From the NCBI GenBank assembly GCA_903928285.1, contig CAIYQH010000184.1:1-32209 (forward strand): 32,209 bases of DNA, given 5' to 3'. The position numbers and the translations under genes were made by a program. The notes beneath the pieces were generated by a model, which worked only from the letters and a program-made list of their open reading frames with translations, was not told the DNA's origin and made no database searches. Below are positions 31,950-32,209 of this stretch, in pieces; position 1 is the first letter of the stretch; each line of letters begins with the position of its first letter. Origin of the DNA: an uncultured Bacteroidales bacterium. Lineage in GTDB: Bacteria > Bacteroidota > Bacteroidia > Bacteroidales > FEN-979.

Positions 31950-32209
31950 ATGCAGGATTTCAGAGTTACAGTCATACAGGCGAACCTGTTCTGGGAGGAG
32001 CGTGACAGGAACCTGGACCATTTTGATTACCTGCTGAACCGGATTACCGGCGAGCCCGATCTGATTCTCCTTCCCGAGATGTTCAATTCAGGCTTTTCGA
32101 TAAATCCCGCAGTCTGTGTAGAAACGATGGAGGGTCCCTCCATTGGGTTCCTCCGTTCCCGCGCAGAAGAGAAAAATGCGGTGATCATGGCCACGCTGCT
32201 GATCAGCGA
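31950..32209 (+). CDS. Carbon-nitrogen hydrolase (nitrilase superfamily, omega-amidase/YafV-like), 5' fragment running off the window
   Basis: Hand translation from the ATG at 31950 gives [50 protein letters not shown]... The 'LPE' Glu of the E-K-C triad is present. The ORF is not in the track because it is open-ended. Confidence 0.7.
   Translation, partial: MQDFRVTVIQANLFWEERDRNLDHFDYLLNRITGEPDLILLPEMFNSGFSINPAVCVETMEGPSIGFLRSRAEEKNAVIMATLLIS

Noticed and set aside
31857-32021. 55-codon N-terminal extension of the pgk ORF
   Set aside because: Pgk homologues begin close to the 'RVDFNVPL' motif. The extension overlaps the divergent nitrilase-family gene start (31950) and the pgk -7 box (31883-31890).
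1-32209. Search for mobile elements, CRISPR arrays, tRNA/rRNA genes, prophage genes or known defence systems
   Set aside because: No transposase, integrase or recombinase motifs were seen. There were no arrays of regularly spaced repeats and no tRNA-like sequences in any intergenic gap (all under 300 nt). No nuclease, TIR, STAND, cyclase or reverse-transcriptase genes were seen. By eye the composition looks uniform, and the genes are mostly housekeeping.

Overview
This window reads as a core chromosomal segment of a Bacteroidota-type genome. Support for that placement: TTTG / TAnnTTTG promoter boxes, a T9SS C-terminal sorting domain, lipoprotein signals, and tightly packed genes with stop/start overlaps. 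I call 31 protein-coding genes (30 complete, one running off the 3' edge). One of them is a 46-codon lipoprotein-like ORF that is absent from the ORF track. I saw no rRNA, tRNA, CRISPR array, transposase, integrase, phage genes or recognisable defence-system architecture. Most genes are housekeeping: pgk, hemW, manC, RluA- and TrmH-family RNA modification enzymes, MlaEF-like ABC transporter, CvpA, a GT4 glycosyltransferase and an S9 peptidase. The most interesting content is a co-directional nitrosative-stress island at 8.4-15.5 kb. It contains an Rrf2/NsrR-like regulator, a Cys-rich 2x[4Fe-4S] protein of unknown function, the quinol-dependent NO reductase qNOR, a cupin, a DUF438 hemerythrin/PAS protein, a DUF2249-like protein and a four-histidine PepSY-TM membrane protein. 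Several of these are families with no assigned function. Other leads: a translationally coupled bacterial GH3 (acyl-acid amido synthetase-like) plus LysE exporter pair; a T9SS-secreted esterase resembling the cutinase/PETase catalytic core; an unannotated mini-lipoprotein next to a SprT-like metalloprotease; an orphan histidine kinase with an internally duplicated sensor module; and a 13-bp direct repeat in a promoter region. All family assignments rest on motifs read by eye, since no database search could be run. Nothing here can honestly be claimed as a proven new system; the NO island and the GH3-LysE pair are the best candidates for uncharacterised biology.
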